This document shows, piece by piece, positions 12,702 through 25,439 of a DNA stretch of 64,000 nt (position 1 is its first letter; the number at the start of each line of letters is the position of its first letter). The notes below the pieces were generated by a model. That model was not told the origin of the DNA. It saw only the letters and a program-made list of their open reading frames with translations, and ran no database searches. The DNA lies in the NCBI GenBank assembly GCA_002633005.1, contig NMRA01000159.1, forward strand, positions 512,473-576,472, given 5' to 3'. A program made the translations under genes and the position numbers. This DNA is from Phoronis australis. Lineage: Eukaryota; Animalia; Phoronida.

Positions 12702-13590
12702 TTAAAAGCGACTGCTGGCGAAAATTAACCCCGGCTAAAATGCTAGCGTTTTCGCTGGTTTTAGCGTGAGAAACTACTATCCTTTTCGTCACTCATGGGA
12801 ATTTAGAATTAAGAGAATTATCACCACTCCTGTTTTTAAAATGACTGTAGGAATAAACTTGCTAACGACGAAAACGAAGACAAACCTTCTTTGTATCTGT
12901 ATTGAACACGTATAACACAACTGTTTCTAATAAATCTCGACAATTTATTTCCACAAAAGCATGAGATAGGTTTTGTAAATTCACCTTTCGCGAGAGGAGA
13001 TCAACATCCCACCTGTGACAAGTGTACACGTGTGTATTAGTATCAATTATTTCTAATTTCAGGAAAGTTCCACGAACCATTACGACGAGCATACAACTAA
13101 AAAATTTCGCTCAAAAATCTGTGAAATTTTGGCTCAGCAATTTTGATAGGACGTTTCACGGTTTGGCTGGACACGTCGAAGTCACACTATTGGGGCTAAC
13201 ATTGCTAAGCTATTCAAGACATTTTACCTTATTGTTAAGGTACAGTGTCCGATTTCAGCCAGTGACAAACTGTAAGTTTTGCCCCAAGCTCAGTTACCTC
13301 GGATGTGAGTAAGGATTTTTTTATAAGGAAAGCGAATCTGAAACGATGAAGGGCAGGTTTATACATGTAGGTGCTTTCATGAAAACACTGTGAGGGCAAC
13401 AGAGCCTCCACGTTTGTAATCACGTGTCCTTTCTTCTGAAAAGTCGTGTTCTTACGAAGATAGAGCTTCAATATAACAGTCCATTGTCTGTCAGGACTCT
13501 AGCATTTTCACTGAACGTGAACCAGTAAACACAGTCAAGAAATGTGTGAATACTGGTCCTAAATCTACCATTTCCCTAAAAGTAGCCTAC

Positions 13591-13776
13591 CTGAATGACC
13601 GATGTTCTGAAGGACAACATGGCCGTTGTCATGGTCGAAGTTAGTCAGTTTGATTTCTGTCAATTTCGAGTCGTACTCGGGGTTTTCAATGTCGATGGGC
13701 GATTGACTGTCCTTCTTGCAGTCGCCAGGCCAATCACTTGGTCCCACGTTGCTATCTGAATACGACCATTGGCTAT
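13591..13776 (-). CDS. alpha-carbonic anhydrase exon 2
   Basis: SQWSY...GPSDWPGDC...QSPIDI...NIGHS (alpha-CA N-terminal motifs, His64 equivalent); acceptor ttcattgtag, donor G|GTAG; phase 1/1. Confidence 0.95.
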
Positions 13777-14746
13777 CTACAATGAAGAAAGCATTTTCTA
13801 AATGTGTAGCCGTTTTCCACAGACATTGTTTTCAAAACTAGGTTATAAGCATTTAAAACTAGGCTGTTCCCCCCACAAAATTGGCTTCAAAACCTACCTT
13901 ATCTCGACAAGAACTCATTTCCTTTGCCAGAACGCACATCAAGCGCTTGTCTTTGTTATCATTTGTTACAAGTAACGTTGCATACCTAGTTAAGTTATTG
14001 GTCTTCGTTGGTATTTCTCTCCAATATGGGCGTGGAGGCAGACCAGATGTCGAATCCACTAAAATACTCCAAATTGTAAACTACCTTTCTTTCGCCAAGT
14101 GACGATCCGATCTAAGTCCGTCAAGCACTTTTGTAGCCTGTAGTTTTCGCGCCATTGGAGTTCAACATGTTCTTTGTTTTCTTTTACAGTTTTTTCTCGG
14201 CTGCATTGTTCTTTTCGTCCGTCCAATGCTGTGCTGGAGGATGCTTTCCCGTTGGGAGAAAGTTGGGGAAAGTTTACACACATCTGCGGATGCGTGATTG
14301 TCCCCTTCACGACATTAATAAAAGACAACGAAAAGCGGGACGAGTGGATAAAGCAAGATACCTTTCAATTCCGTACTTTTAAACGAGAATATTTTCATGT
14401 GCATACACCTCGACAGTTTCCGATATGACTGTATCTTACGGTATCTTAGCCTTGGTGCTTAGAAAAATTACGTCCGCGCTCTTATCTGATGTGACACTGA
14501 TTTTCCAATTTGTCTCTCAATTTTGATGTCACGCTGGCTCTGTAACTGCTTAAAGTTGAAAACGGATTTTGTTTCGGGACTTAGTAGTAGAGGAGAGACG
14601 TGTCTGCATAGAGGACTACTTTGGTACTCGGGATATTTGCCAGTGAAAGGTCCTTTACGTGTATAAGAAAGAAAAATGGGACTCTTGTACTACCTTAAAG
14701 TACAGTAGTTGACGAATGTAATCGGAAAAATACTGTTTCTCCGACT

Positions 14747-14820
14747 AAGTCGTCAACCAGAACAATAACTATTATTACGGCAAAAGTTGTCAACCAGAAC
14801 AATAACTATTATTACGGCAA
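14747..14820. repeat. 37-bp tandem duplication
   Basis: AAGT(C/T)GTCAACCAGAACAATAACTATTATTACGGCAA x2. Confidence 0.9.
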
Positions 14821-17374
14821 AATTCTTATTGTTGAATGGTTTAGCAACCTTACTAACCCCTCGATTTCGCGAGCCCTTTAAATACATGGTGAAATGGCTT
14901 GTAGTCGTGCTAACTGAATCTGAGATTGCCTGAAAAGGGTGCTTCTATGAGAGGAAGAACACGTAAGCACGACCTGATACAAACGTAGGATTTGTGATTA
15001 TTTTAACGATTATTCCATGTTTATTCTACTGATGCCTGTATACTGAGGTACTCGTCGATGTCGACTTCGCGACAGTCGGGTTAATCTTTGTTTGTTGTGA
15101 TGTGTGTTACTTGACGTAGCACTCGGGATCTTTTCGTACACCAAAGCAGTATTATTGTTTGGAATGATTTCTAACAGGTTTATCAATGACAGTTACGTTA
15201 ATGAATGCTGAATGTTTATGCTGTTAACTCGATATTGGTTAGTGAGTTAAGATTACAATCCAACCCCAATGCCATAGCAAAGGGTACGTGACAAATATCC
15301 ATTAGACTATTTGTTTACTTCCTATTTTGTGTCTTAAGAAATCTATTACACGTTGAAATGGAAATGTATCATGTCTGTTTTCACGTGACCTTTGAATTAC
15401 AGGTTTGAGGGCATGTACCGTGCAGAGGAAATATGCATCGCTTCTGCACCGTCCCTGAATGGACAAAAATTAGTTTTAAGCAGATGACTGCAGCTAACCA
15501 GCAAGATCTTCCCATCCAGTGCAGATCTGTTGTCAAAGCCTACTTTCTGTATTGGAGACAACGAACAAAGCCTTTGAAAACAGCTATTTTTAAAGAAAAG
15601 TATGTAAGTCGTTTAGTTAATTTACTTATCCAGGTCCTTAGCGGGGGATTGGCATAGGGGGTTGGGGTTGTAAAATTTGGTGCAACTGAATGTGTGGAAA
15701 TAACAGGTAATAATGTCTGGGGAGAAATAGCATGGTGAGGTAATTCTTAACCTTCAGGAAGTTCCTTCAAGTTTATTTCATGAAACTGTTTTGCTATCAA
15801 TTGTAAACCCATAAAAATATAAAACATTTTCTGAATTCTCAATTACTGAATAGTCTTAACTCATGCCTTGAAATGTTGCAAGTCGTTTATAAATTCAAAA
15901 GACTGCCATTTTGTGAAAATTGCATTTTTGACGGTTCCTTACGATTTGTAATTACTCTTAAACAACAGAAAAATTATCAATCATTTTTTAAATGACCCAT
16001 GTCTTCATATCTTCTATTAGATGCCCTTTCATAGGCAATAAGTCATGTGTGGACAATAGCTTATTTCCTTTCCTGGAAGAAAGATGAGGGATTGAAGCTA
16101 AAGAAGACCTATTGACACTCCGGTCTAGTTCAGGGTGAGATTTTGGGCTCAAAACGAGTCAAGTGATATGCTGTTGTGTCTACCTTCAAGGATCTAATTG
16201 TGGATGTTATTGAGGCTGAATGAGGTTACATGAAGGAAAGCCACGTGCCGAAACTGGACCTTTTTTACAAGCGCTTCTGTAGGCCATTGAAACTAGATCC
16301 CAAAAGCATCTGGTATAAATACCTGTCCTTTCTCACTGAGTGACATTAACTTTTCCTTTTAGAAAAAAGGCTTTATACTAAAGGTGAAAACTTTTCAATT
16401 TGGTACACATTATGGGGAAATGACGTTCACTGACTGCATCTATTGTCTTAATGTCAGTAGAAAGCCCGTTACTGTTACATTTTGATGATCGAATAAATTT
16501 TTCATCAACTGGTAAGTTTGTCACTAATTATTGAAACCACAATATTTGCTCAGTTTTAAAGACCCATGCAGTGCAGTTTTGCTTATTCTTTATAAAGCTG
16601 AAATGATTACCGATTACGCTTGCGAATTGTCATTTTCCTGGTGACCTCTAGAAATGTGCAGTGATCAAAATGAAGTATTCCTTTTGTTTGCATTTGATTT
16701 GTTTGTGTGTGTAATTATTTTTAAAGCTTTTTTAAGAAGGCCTTTGAACAATTTGAAGTTTTGTGTTATCTTGTCCACAACAAAAAGTTACACATGCAAG
16801 ACAAGTATGTTTTCAATTGCAGCTAGCTGGATAAGAATCTGCTATGCACAAGATTCGAGAATAATCAATTATCAGTGTACTTAAAAAAAACAAAATGGCA
16901 AACTGAACAACCACATACATACAAAGAAACAACATTGTTCAAAACGATTGTAATTTTCCCAATGCAACAGAGTACATTATCAGGCATATCAAAGTTGAAT
17001 TTCTGAATTAGGTTCAATTCTCTCAGGTTATTGCCCAATAGTGCTACAGGTGCGTTGTACTTCCTTTCCACATGTAGGGAAATTGGTTATTGGAAAGATT
17101 TTTATAAACGAGTTTGGCTAAAATAGTATTTGTCGGTACAGCTATCACGATCATTTTCTTGGTTATACAGTCAGGTCCCTCAGATTTCGTTGTGCCTAGA
17201 TTTTCATTAATTTTGCTCTTGTTTGCCTTTGCAGTTGCGCTTTGCATGATGCTGCTAGGGCTGTAGGGTATCGATCATCAATGTGCCCGCTGGACTTATG
17301 CGATGTCTCAGGAATGTAGATGTTATAACAAAGAATTCACAAAAGTGCTGTTGGTCAATTCCTGTCTCAGGCGT

Positions 17375-17514
17375 TCGTAAACTCGCGGGTTAACGCCCAT
17401 GCCCGGGTAATCGCACATCCCCGACTTTTTGTCAATTGTCGGCGTAAGCGCCCACCCCCCTGTCTCAGGGTTTCCCAATTTAAGCGCCCAGGGCGTTAAC
17501 CCGCGAGTTTACGG
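17375..17514. mobile_element. ~140-bp pogo/Tc1-type MITE
   Basis: TIR CGTAAACTCGCGGGTTAACGCCC / GGGCGTTAACCCGCGAGTTTACGG, followed by TA. Confidence 0.8.
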
Positions 17515-17663
17515 TACATTTGAGTTTGGGCACTTCATAACGTTGAATCTGCCCTTGTTTCATCCCGGTAACACTACGCCGGCTAAAACGAAATCGAATT
17601 GGCCCTTTTCGTGAAATCGATTTCAAAACATTCCTTACCGTTGTAGGATTCTGTTCCTGTTAA

Positions 17664-18119
17664 TGTGACGGGACGTTCGTAACTTTACGCTTATTGTTAT
17701 TCTTATTTAGTTGCAAATGTTCAGTTATTTTTATGCTAATGTCTTTTTTCAATTTCACTGCGCTTTGTTTTCATATTGTATGTTAATGATGTCGGGACGA
17801 CATTTTTTGTTAGGGGGGAGAATGTGACGGGACGTTCGTAACTTTACGCTTATTGTTATTCTTATTTAGTTGCAAATGTTCAGTTATTCTTATGCTAATG
17901 TCTTTGTTGCGTCTCAGTGCGCCTTTGTTACGTGGGTATGTGGGCGCGACTGTACATGTATGTGTCGGGCACTTCGCTAGCGACAGGCTTAGGAGAAGGG
18001 TGTTTCCTTCCTTTGCCTTCATGAAAATTGATCGTTATCATGTGCAATTGAACTGAAACGTATGCCTGATGAGAGGGAATACACATTTTTGATGTTCAGT
18101 GGAGACTTGCTGTGTTACA
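17664..18119 (+). mobile_element. collapsed Gypsy-type LTR retrotransposon (partial 5' LTR, PPT, full 3' LTR)
   Basis: TGTGACGGGACG start at both 17664 and 17823; purine tract AGGGGGGAGAA directly before the second; ends GTTACA at 18119; TSD TTAA on both sides. Confidence 0.88.
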
Positions 18120-18509
18120 TTAATAACAAGAGCATCGAAACCATCAGTGACCCAAGAACGCTCCAAAGTTTATTGGAGTTGCCTAACCCTCTAAATTCGC
18201 TAATGCAAGAACGTCATATGTAGGGCCTACACATTGCCTGTTTTTGAGCTCGTAACGGAAATGGAATCTTCTCACAGTAAGGAATAATACAAGACCGGTT
18301 TATGAGAGTAAAAGGTTCGATTAAATTTGCTTTTTCATCCGGTCTAAAGCCACAGTATAGGCCTTTGTAGCTCCCCAAAAATGAAGAATATGGTGTGGGT
18401 CATTTTTGACGGCAGTTTTGTGGAATAAAAGGAAAGTTACTGTCACAAATGGTATTCTGTAGTTCCTTGAAGATGTTTTAAGTAAATTGAGTTCTGAAAT
18501 TTGGCACCT

Positions 18510-18668
18510 GCCTCCCGTTCACTCAGTAACGCTAGGACCTCGCTAAAAAGCAAGACTTCACGAGATTACGTGAGACATTACCGTGTATTTTAAATGAGAA
18601 CACGTGACTTTGACTAGGTTTTAGCTAGGTCCTACCGTAGGTCCTAGCGTCTACTGAACGCACGCCTG
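18510..18668. mobile_element. small inverted-repeat element (MITE remnant)
   Basis: ACGCTAGGACCT...AGGTCCTAGCGT inverted arms. Confidence 0.5.
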
Positions 18669-19987
18669 CTCTTGTCTACTAGGATACGGAAGTGCCGTCA
18701 TTTTGAGAGAGCATCCTTGTTGAGTGTTGAATTCTTGGATCGAATTCAGAAACCCTTCAGACAAGTGACAATTGTCAAAACACTGGTTGTATGACAAATT
18801 TAAATCTGAATTTCTGGCATTCTGATGATGGTCTCTTTTCTTGCCATCGGAGCAGTCGTGAATTTGTGATTGTAAGTAAAATATGGCCAAAATCGCAATT
18901 TTTGGTCATTTTTGACACCTCGATTTTTTCTCACGGTGGGTGTTGCAAGGGTGTAGCAAGGTAAAAAGTTAAAGATATGGCTTTGTTTGAATTTCATCAT
19001 TTTTGAGAAACCCCGCAGAGTGTACTTTCTGTCGACCACTTGTGCCATTTTTCGGGTGTCCGAGACAGTCGCGCAAACAAGGGCTTTGATTGACCCAGGC
19101 CAGTGGTACTGTGGTCCTCCATTGGAAATGTACGTGACTTGACAATTAGATCTTGCATCAGGAGTCGATTTATATACCAGGAGGTATCCATGTAGGTCAC
19201 TGATATATGTGATTGATACAATAACAGTCCCAAGCTCGGGGTACTAGTAAGAGATCGAAATAAACAAGGTCAATAGTATGACGTAACATAATCGGACGCA
19301 CAATACATAGCTCGGTACTGGGTAACACGATGTTGTACCTGCATTATATTTAAACTATGAAACGAAGTCTCGATTTCACGAAAACATACCGAATTAAAAA
19401 AAATGTACTCAATTTATCGTTTTAAATTCAATCGTAAAGTATATTCCAATATGGGCCGCCCGTATTTGAATTCCGATTCGGGAACGGCCCAAATAGGAAT
19501 ATTCCGATTTGGGCCTGATTCCAGTATGGGCCGGAACAACAACACAATGATTACGTATCAGCCAGGTCACGCAACGAATGACTTGTCTGGCTGTGCATCC
19601 GACTATGTAGTTAATTGCACCTGCTTTCGAGGTAGGCTTACGATGGCTTTTCTTACGGGTACTTGCTTAAACAAAACGTATATGCTAGAGTACGTCAGTG
19701 TGCTGCCATACAACGCACAAGCATATACGCCTACGTTGAATGAAATGCAACAGCGCTAACGCGAAAACGAGACACCTATACGCTACGTTTGATTTTAAAA
19801 CACCCACAACAGATGAATTTTAGATGACTGCCGGTGATGTCAGTGCCCTTTATAAAGATACCGCTTCAACCGACGTAGGCAAAATGTACATGGCAAGTCG
19901 AGAAATGGATAACACATTTTATGCAAATAAGCCATAGTAAAACTTAATTTCAACTGAAGAAAAATCAGGTAAGATAGAGCTACTAAC

Positions 19988-20042
19988 CGTCAGCCGCTTT
20001 CGCCAGTACAAAAATTGCCACGATCAAAGTAGACCTGAACAT
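19988..20042 (-). CDS. alpha-carbonic anhydrase exon 1 (signal peptide MFRSTLIVAIFVLAKAAD)
   Basis: ATG at 20042, hydrophobic signal peptide, donor G|GTTAGT at 19987; phase 1 joins exon 2 (G+AT = Asp). Too short to appear in the ORF track. Confidence 0.8.
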
Positions 20043-20059
20043 TCTGGAGAGAACCGTTC

Positions 20060-20140
20060 TTTACTAATGCGCGTCAGGTAGCCTACTGAGATTGGTCTGA
20101 GATCAGGCATAACTTTTGTGTAGCCCCCGCCCTTTCAACC
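20060..20140 (-). promoter_or_regulatory. candidate proximal promoter of the carbonic anhydrase gene
   Basis: CCAAT (ATTGG on + at ~20091), GC box CCCCGCCC (~20124-20131) and a CGTCA half-site within ~100 bp upstream of the ATG. Motif-only evidence. Confidence 0.35.
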
Positions 20141-21120
20141 ACGCTAATGCCTGTGGTGCAGTCGCTATGGTGATGACCGGGCTCTGATCGGGAAATAAAT
20201 CTTTTGTTTGTCAGCAGACTGACGTAAGTTTCTTTAATGGAATGGCTCTGTGACTGAAATACCAGTTAACCAAATTCTATCGCATACATTGAAACCACGA
20301 TCTTTGATTCGGGTACCAAACGTCCCCTACTCGCATACTCTAAAAGTGTTCGAGGAAAATTGCATTGGTGGTCGACCAATACTTTCACTTGAAACTTAAA
20401 AGGTCCCGACACCTTGAGAACTAAGTTTGCGATTGTGTTACTTCAGTCTATGCAAATTCTGGAAAGTACGGATGTCTAAAGTAAGTCTACAAGTTTGAGG
20501 ACCTCATGTCTCTCCTTAACATTTCAGCTGAAGCCGTGATCGCCTCTTCGTAATAGTTATGGTGTCATCTCCGGCTCAATGCTCGGGGCCAAGCCGGCTG
20601 GGAACCTTTTACCTTGAATGTAAAGTCTATGGACTATAGTCTTTTTAAAAATATATGTGATGTCTGCATAGACCGTTTAGAACCACGTGCAAATGCACCA
20701 CACGCAAGTTTCAAAAATGTGTATTTTAACTTCATTTCTATTTTTAGTTTATTTTCAACTCTTTCTAATGATATAATATAGGACTTAACTCTGTGATACT
20801 TGCGGTCATATTACACCATTTACTAGGTAAGCCAACACTAGCGTGTGTCGCAAGCCGACTAGAGCGACGTCTTTCGTGAAAATGCATATTACACAGTAAT
20901 TTTTAATTTTATTTGGCTGATTTTTCAGTTCGATTCGTTCCTCGCAGCACCAGCGACGGGGAGTTCCTGTTTCTCATGTGCGGCGGCATTTTGAAGACAG
21001 AAACAATAGCTCTACTGGCGGATGAATGTGCGGTGTTAAAAGCGTGCGATCGTCGGCATGGCCCTAAATTGGACGTTTCAATCGTGTAGGCCGATTTAGT
21101 GGACAGTTATCGGTTGACAT

Positions 21121-21852
21121 TGAAATAGAATATGCTCAAATCCGTTAAATATGTTATTATTTTAAAATATTTTTAAAATGTACAATTGGTTTTGGGGAGG
21201 GGGATACGGAGGGAGAGGGATAGGGAGGGAGGGAGGGAAGGAGGGAGGGAAAAACTCATCAAAGGATGAATTCTGTTGCTTCACAACTCAGGTCAACGTC
21301 GGCATAACTTCCACAATATTTACGCTCAGAACTACACGTAATCCAGACATTCCGAACAGATCTGGATTTTAGTCGTTAGAGCATGTGCTACATGCCAAAA
21401 TTATCAATAACATTAGGCCTGACATTGAAAGTTAAAACTGCTCTTCTGGATTACCTTCTTGATTTCCCGGCTAAGTCTTCGGATACCTCTNTGAAATAGA
21501 ATATGCTCAAATCCGTTAAATATGTTATTATTTTAAAATATTTTTAAAATATACAATTGGTTTTGGGGAGGGGGATACGGAGGGAGGGGGATAGGGAGGG
21601 AGGGAGGGAGCGAAAAACTCATCAAAGGATGAATTCTGTTGCTTCATAACTCAGGTCAACGTCGGCATAACTTCCACAATATTTACGCTCAGAACTACAC
21701 GTAATCCAGACATTGCGAACAGATCTGGATTTTAGTCGTTAGAGCATGTGCTACATGCCAAAATTATCAATAACATTAGGCCTGACATTGAAAGTTAAAA
21801 CTGCTCTTCTGGATTACCTTCTTGATTTCCCGGCTAGGTCTTCGGATACCTC
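21121..21852. other. ~370-bp duplication across an N junction (probable haplotype overlap artefact)
   Basis: 21121-21490 is repeated at 21492-21852 with a few SNPs/indels, separated exactly by the N at 21491. Confidence 0.85.
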
Positions 21853-23629
21853 TCGTCTCCTTCCTATGGGATATTGATCGACCGTGATGAGCCGCGGGAA
21901 CTCTGGTCCAAAGATCTAGGAAATAAAAAAAGGTAATCCAGATGGCCAGATTTTTGAAACTGATAACCGTTAATATCATGGACATTCCTGGATGTCTCAA
22001 GGTCGACGACCGGTCAGTCAATTGTCTGGTGACATTAAACGAAATCATTTAGATTTACGGCGCTTGTAAAACACGAATTATTGCCAGTGAGGTTTCACGA
22101 GACATTCCCCCATTAAAACTGATTTACGCGCATTATTGGATGTGTCATTATACGTGGCTTAAATACGCGCTGTGTTGTCAGGTATGAGTACTTAAGTGAT
22201 GTTGCCCCATTGTGTTATTCGGACAGCCGTTACGTTAATAGAACAACCGTTGCAATGCACGTCATTTCTCTTTTCTTTCATTGTAATTAGCCGTTGCACT
22301 GAACTTTCATAACAAAATTATGAATAGCAGTGGGCGTTACTTTTAGGAAGATTCGCTTAATATATCAGCTGATCATTAGATAGGGTGAAAGTTAGGAGTG
22401 CGAAGGGACACTTAACATGAAAAAAGCAGATGTCGCAAATTTTGTACCCGGCCACCCATATGTTGGGGGGCAAACCCCGGGGAGGCAGCCATCCGATCTT
22501 GAGTAACCGTGTTTCAACAAAATTTCACGGAGAGTGAGAATGAGGCCTTAGGCCTACCACAGACCGCGGCCAAATAAAATCTGACACGGAATTAGTGACA
22601 TTAAAAACCACACTCTTTCTTCAGTTAACTAAATTATTTATCGATGTTGTACCGCTATTTTGCTGCGAAAGTTGTGGAGCGATGTTATGCGTCGGCTTTC
22701 GGCGCTATGAAATGTAGCGCTAACTATAGGCTAGTTTCTTTTTTCGCCTAATTCTTCAATTAACTGTTCTAATTGCTCCACGAGGTTGCTTATCTGCCTC
22801 TGAAAGTGCAAAAAAATAGTTAATAGAAAAATCAAATCTAATTTGCAAGTTTGCCCTTTCCGCGCACTTACTGTAGCTAGTTCCATTTTCACCTACAGAT
22901 TTGATTTTCCGAAGAGGTTGGATTTTTACCAGTTAGGTTTGATTTTCCGAACACGACTGATTTTTACGAATTTGTTTGATTTTCCAAACAATATTGAGTT
23001 TTAGGAATTGGGCATCGCTTTTCTATTAAGTAGTTTTTGCCCTTTTCATGGTCCCATTGCGCTCAGTGTCTGAAGTCCTGCGTCTGCAAATTGTTGTAGT
23101 ATAGGTTACAGCAGACGGCCACATTACAAGTATGCAGCGGTTGTATTTACACGGTACGCTTCCCGGCAGTGATAAGCCGTCTGCTGTCTGTGCGTGCAAT
23201 TCACTACTTGCACAATTTGGTGACGCTGCAAAAATGATTGTTGTGCATTGTTGTTCAGGACTCATTGCCTCGTGTTTGCATTGAATTTAACAACGCAAAC
23301 GTGAAAGTGCGCGTGTTCCAAATTTGCAGAACCACTGTAGTTTGGACCCAACGCCTCGTTTTCAAGCAAGATGGCGATTTCGTGCAAGTAGTGAATGTGT
23401 CTGAGCTTTTGGTTATTTCAACTCAATGTCAATTTATTTATAGTCGGTTTGAGTAAAGCAAGAAAAAAACATTAGCCACTGGCTAGTATACCGGCAAATG
23501 TTATAAAATAAATAAATATGAAATTAAAGTAAATATTTAAAATATTGTATACAAGATTAACAAGATTGAACTATTAGCACGAAAGGAGAGATTGCGATCG
23601 ATTCAAGAAATCACAGGCTCAGCGCTTGC

Positions 23630-25230
23630 AGGGAGGCTCAGTCCATGTGTTTCCATATTGCACAAATGTATTTAAATGTAGGCTCGATTTCGCCTCCTCT
23701 GACAGAGAATTCCATATAGAACCATAGCCTCTGAAAGATGGCAGACCATAACGAGTGGTTCTGCACTGGGGAATGTTTGTCCTGTTGGATAATCTCAAGT
23801 TATATGGGGTTCTGCGAATTGTGAGAAGGTCCCACAGACATGGGGATACAAGTGGTTCAAAATTTTGGAAGCTTCTTTTAGAATCATTCTCTGTCTACCA
23901 AGCTCAAGAGTAGGCAGATTAGATCTCTGTAATAGTGTTTCATATGAGCAAGAAAAATCACCCAATACAAATCACAGGGTTCTATTTACACCTCATTCAC
24001 TCTCATGTCTATTGGCTTGGCCATAAAAAATGCCAGATTAAAGCACAGTAGAGAAACTGGTATAAAATAAAACATCGAAAAATCATCATCCGGCTACTAA
24101 AGTCTAAAGTCCTAGCCAGATGCTGTAAAACATTGAGCTGAGCTCCTGCCTCTCGGCATAAAACGTTAACATGGTTGTCAAAACTCAGGTCCTCATCGAG
24201 TAGGACACAAAGTAATTTTACGTCCACCTCATTGGTGATTTTGGCTCTTTCAACCTCGACAACAGTCCTGGATACATTTCTGGAGTCATGGAGAAATATT
24301 GAATGAAATTTTGATGGATTTGCCTCCATCATATTTTGCTTGAACCATTGCTTTTGAAGACTCATATTTCAGTATGACATTAATGACACCATCTCTTGTG
24401 CGAGCACTTGCTGAGATAGTGTTATCATCAGCATAATTATATAACTGCGCCTCAGTAAATAAGGCACTGATTCACAAAAATATTGAACAGAACTGGATCT
24501 ATGATGGATCCCTGTGACGCTCCCTTGAATATTTCTGGTCAATCAATAGACACTCCACCGATCCTGACACGCTGTTTTCTTCCTGACAGATAGGACCATA
24601 AAAAGGCACAGTGCCTGTTCACTCACACCGTACGCTTTCAATTTTGCGATCATAAGCTGATGCGGGAGGCAGTCGAACGCTTTAGTCAGATCCATAAGCA
24701 CTGCTCCAGCACATTGATTTTGTTCAGCAGCCAACCTCCAATCCTCGACCATACGTAGTAAAAGCGATTGGCAACTATATCTGCTCCTATAGGTAGCAAT
24801 TCGCGGATCCAATATAATATCTCAAAACGGGTTTATCTGTAATAACACGAGCCTCTCAAAAATCTTGGAAAGAGCTGACAGTATACTCACTGGTCTGTAA
24901 TCTTCCATCTTCAGTCTGCCAATCCTTTTTAAAACCTGACACTACTTCAGCAAGTTTTGCCATGTCCGGAAATTTGCTAGTGTCAATGCTCTGATTAAAA
25001 TAGTAGCTATATGATATCTTACAAACTTATCAACTGGTTTAAGCTACTTAGCTGGAATGTGATCACTACCAGTGGACTTCTTTGTGTCGAGACATTCGAT
25101 AACTTTTCCACCTCAGTCGGAGTAGTGTGCGCAAAGGAGAAGTTTCCACTCTTTATTCTAGTTTTAATAACCTCAATACTAGGATAGTTCACATAATGGT
25201 CAACACACTTGCTCACAAAGGATTCATTTG
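23630..25230 (-). mobile_element. CR1/L2-group LINE ORF2 (RT) fragment, decayed
   Basis: YRSRYSCQSLLLRMVEDW...AVLMDLTKAFDCLPHQLMIAKLKAYG, QGSI, YADD, ANPSKFHSIF, FDNHVNVLC; frameshifts and stops. Confidence 0.92.
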
Positions 25231-25439
25231 TCTTTGATGACAGTGTGAGATCAACAGCACCAACAACTTGCTGGACAGGAATTAATTCTAAGAAACTGCG
25301 TTCCACATAAGGTACTGATATTATCCTGGAATGTAATACATCTTTTGCCCATCGCGTATCAATCTGATCCGATGCAAAGTCCTGCATGCTGCTAGCTCCA
25401 TCATTAATCGCAATATTTGGAATTTTCATTGCCTTGGTC

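Noticed and set aside
21121-21852. Biological tandem duplication upstream of CA
   Set aside because: Copies abut an N exactly and differ like alleles, so this is most likely overlapping contig ends.
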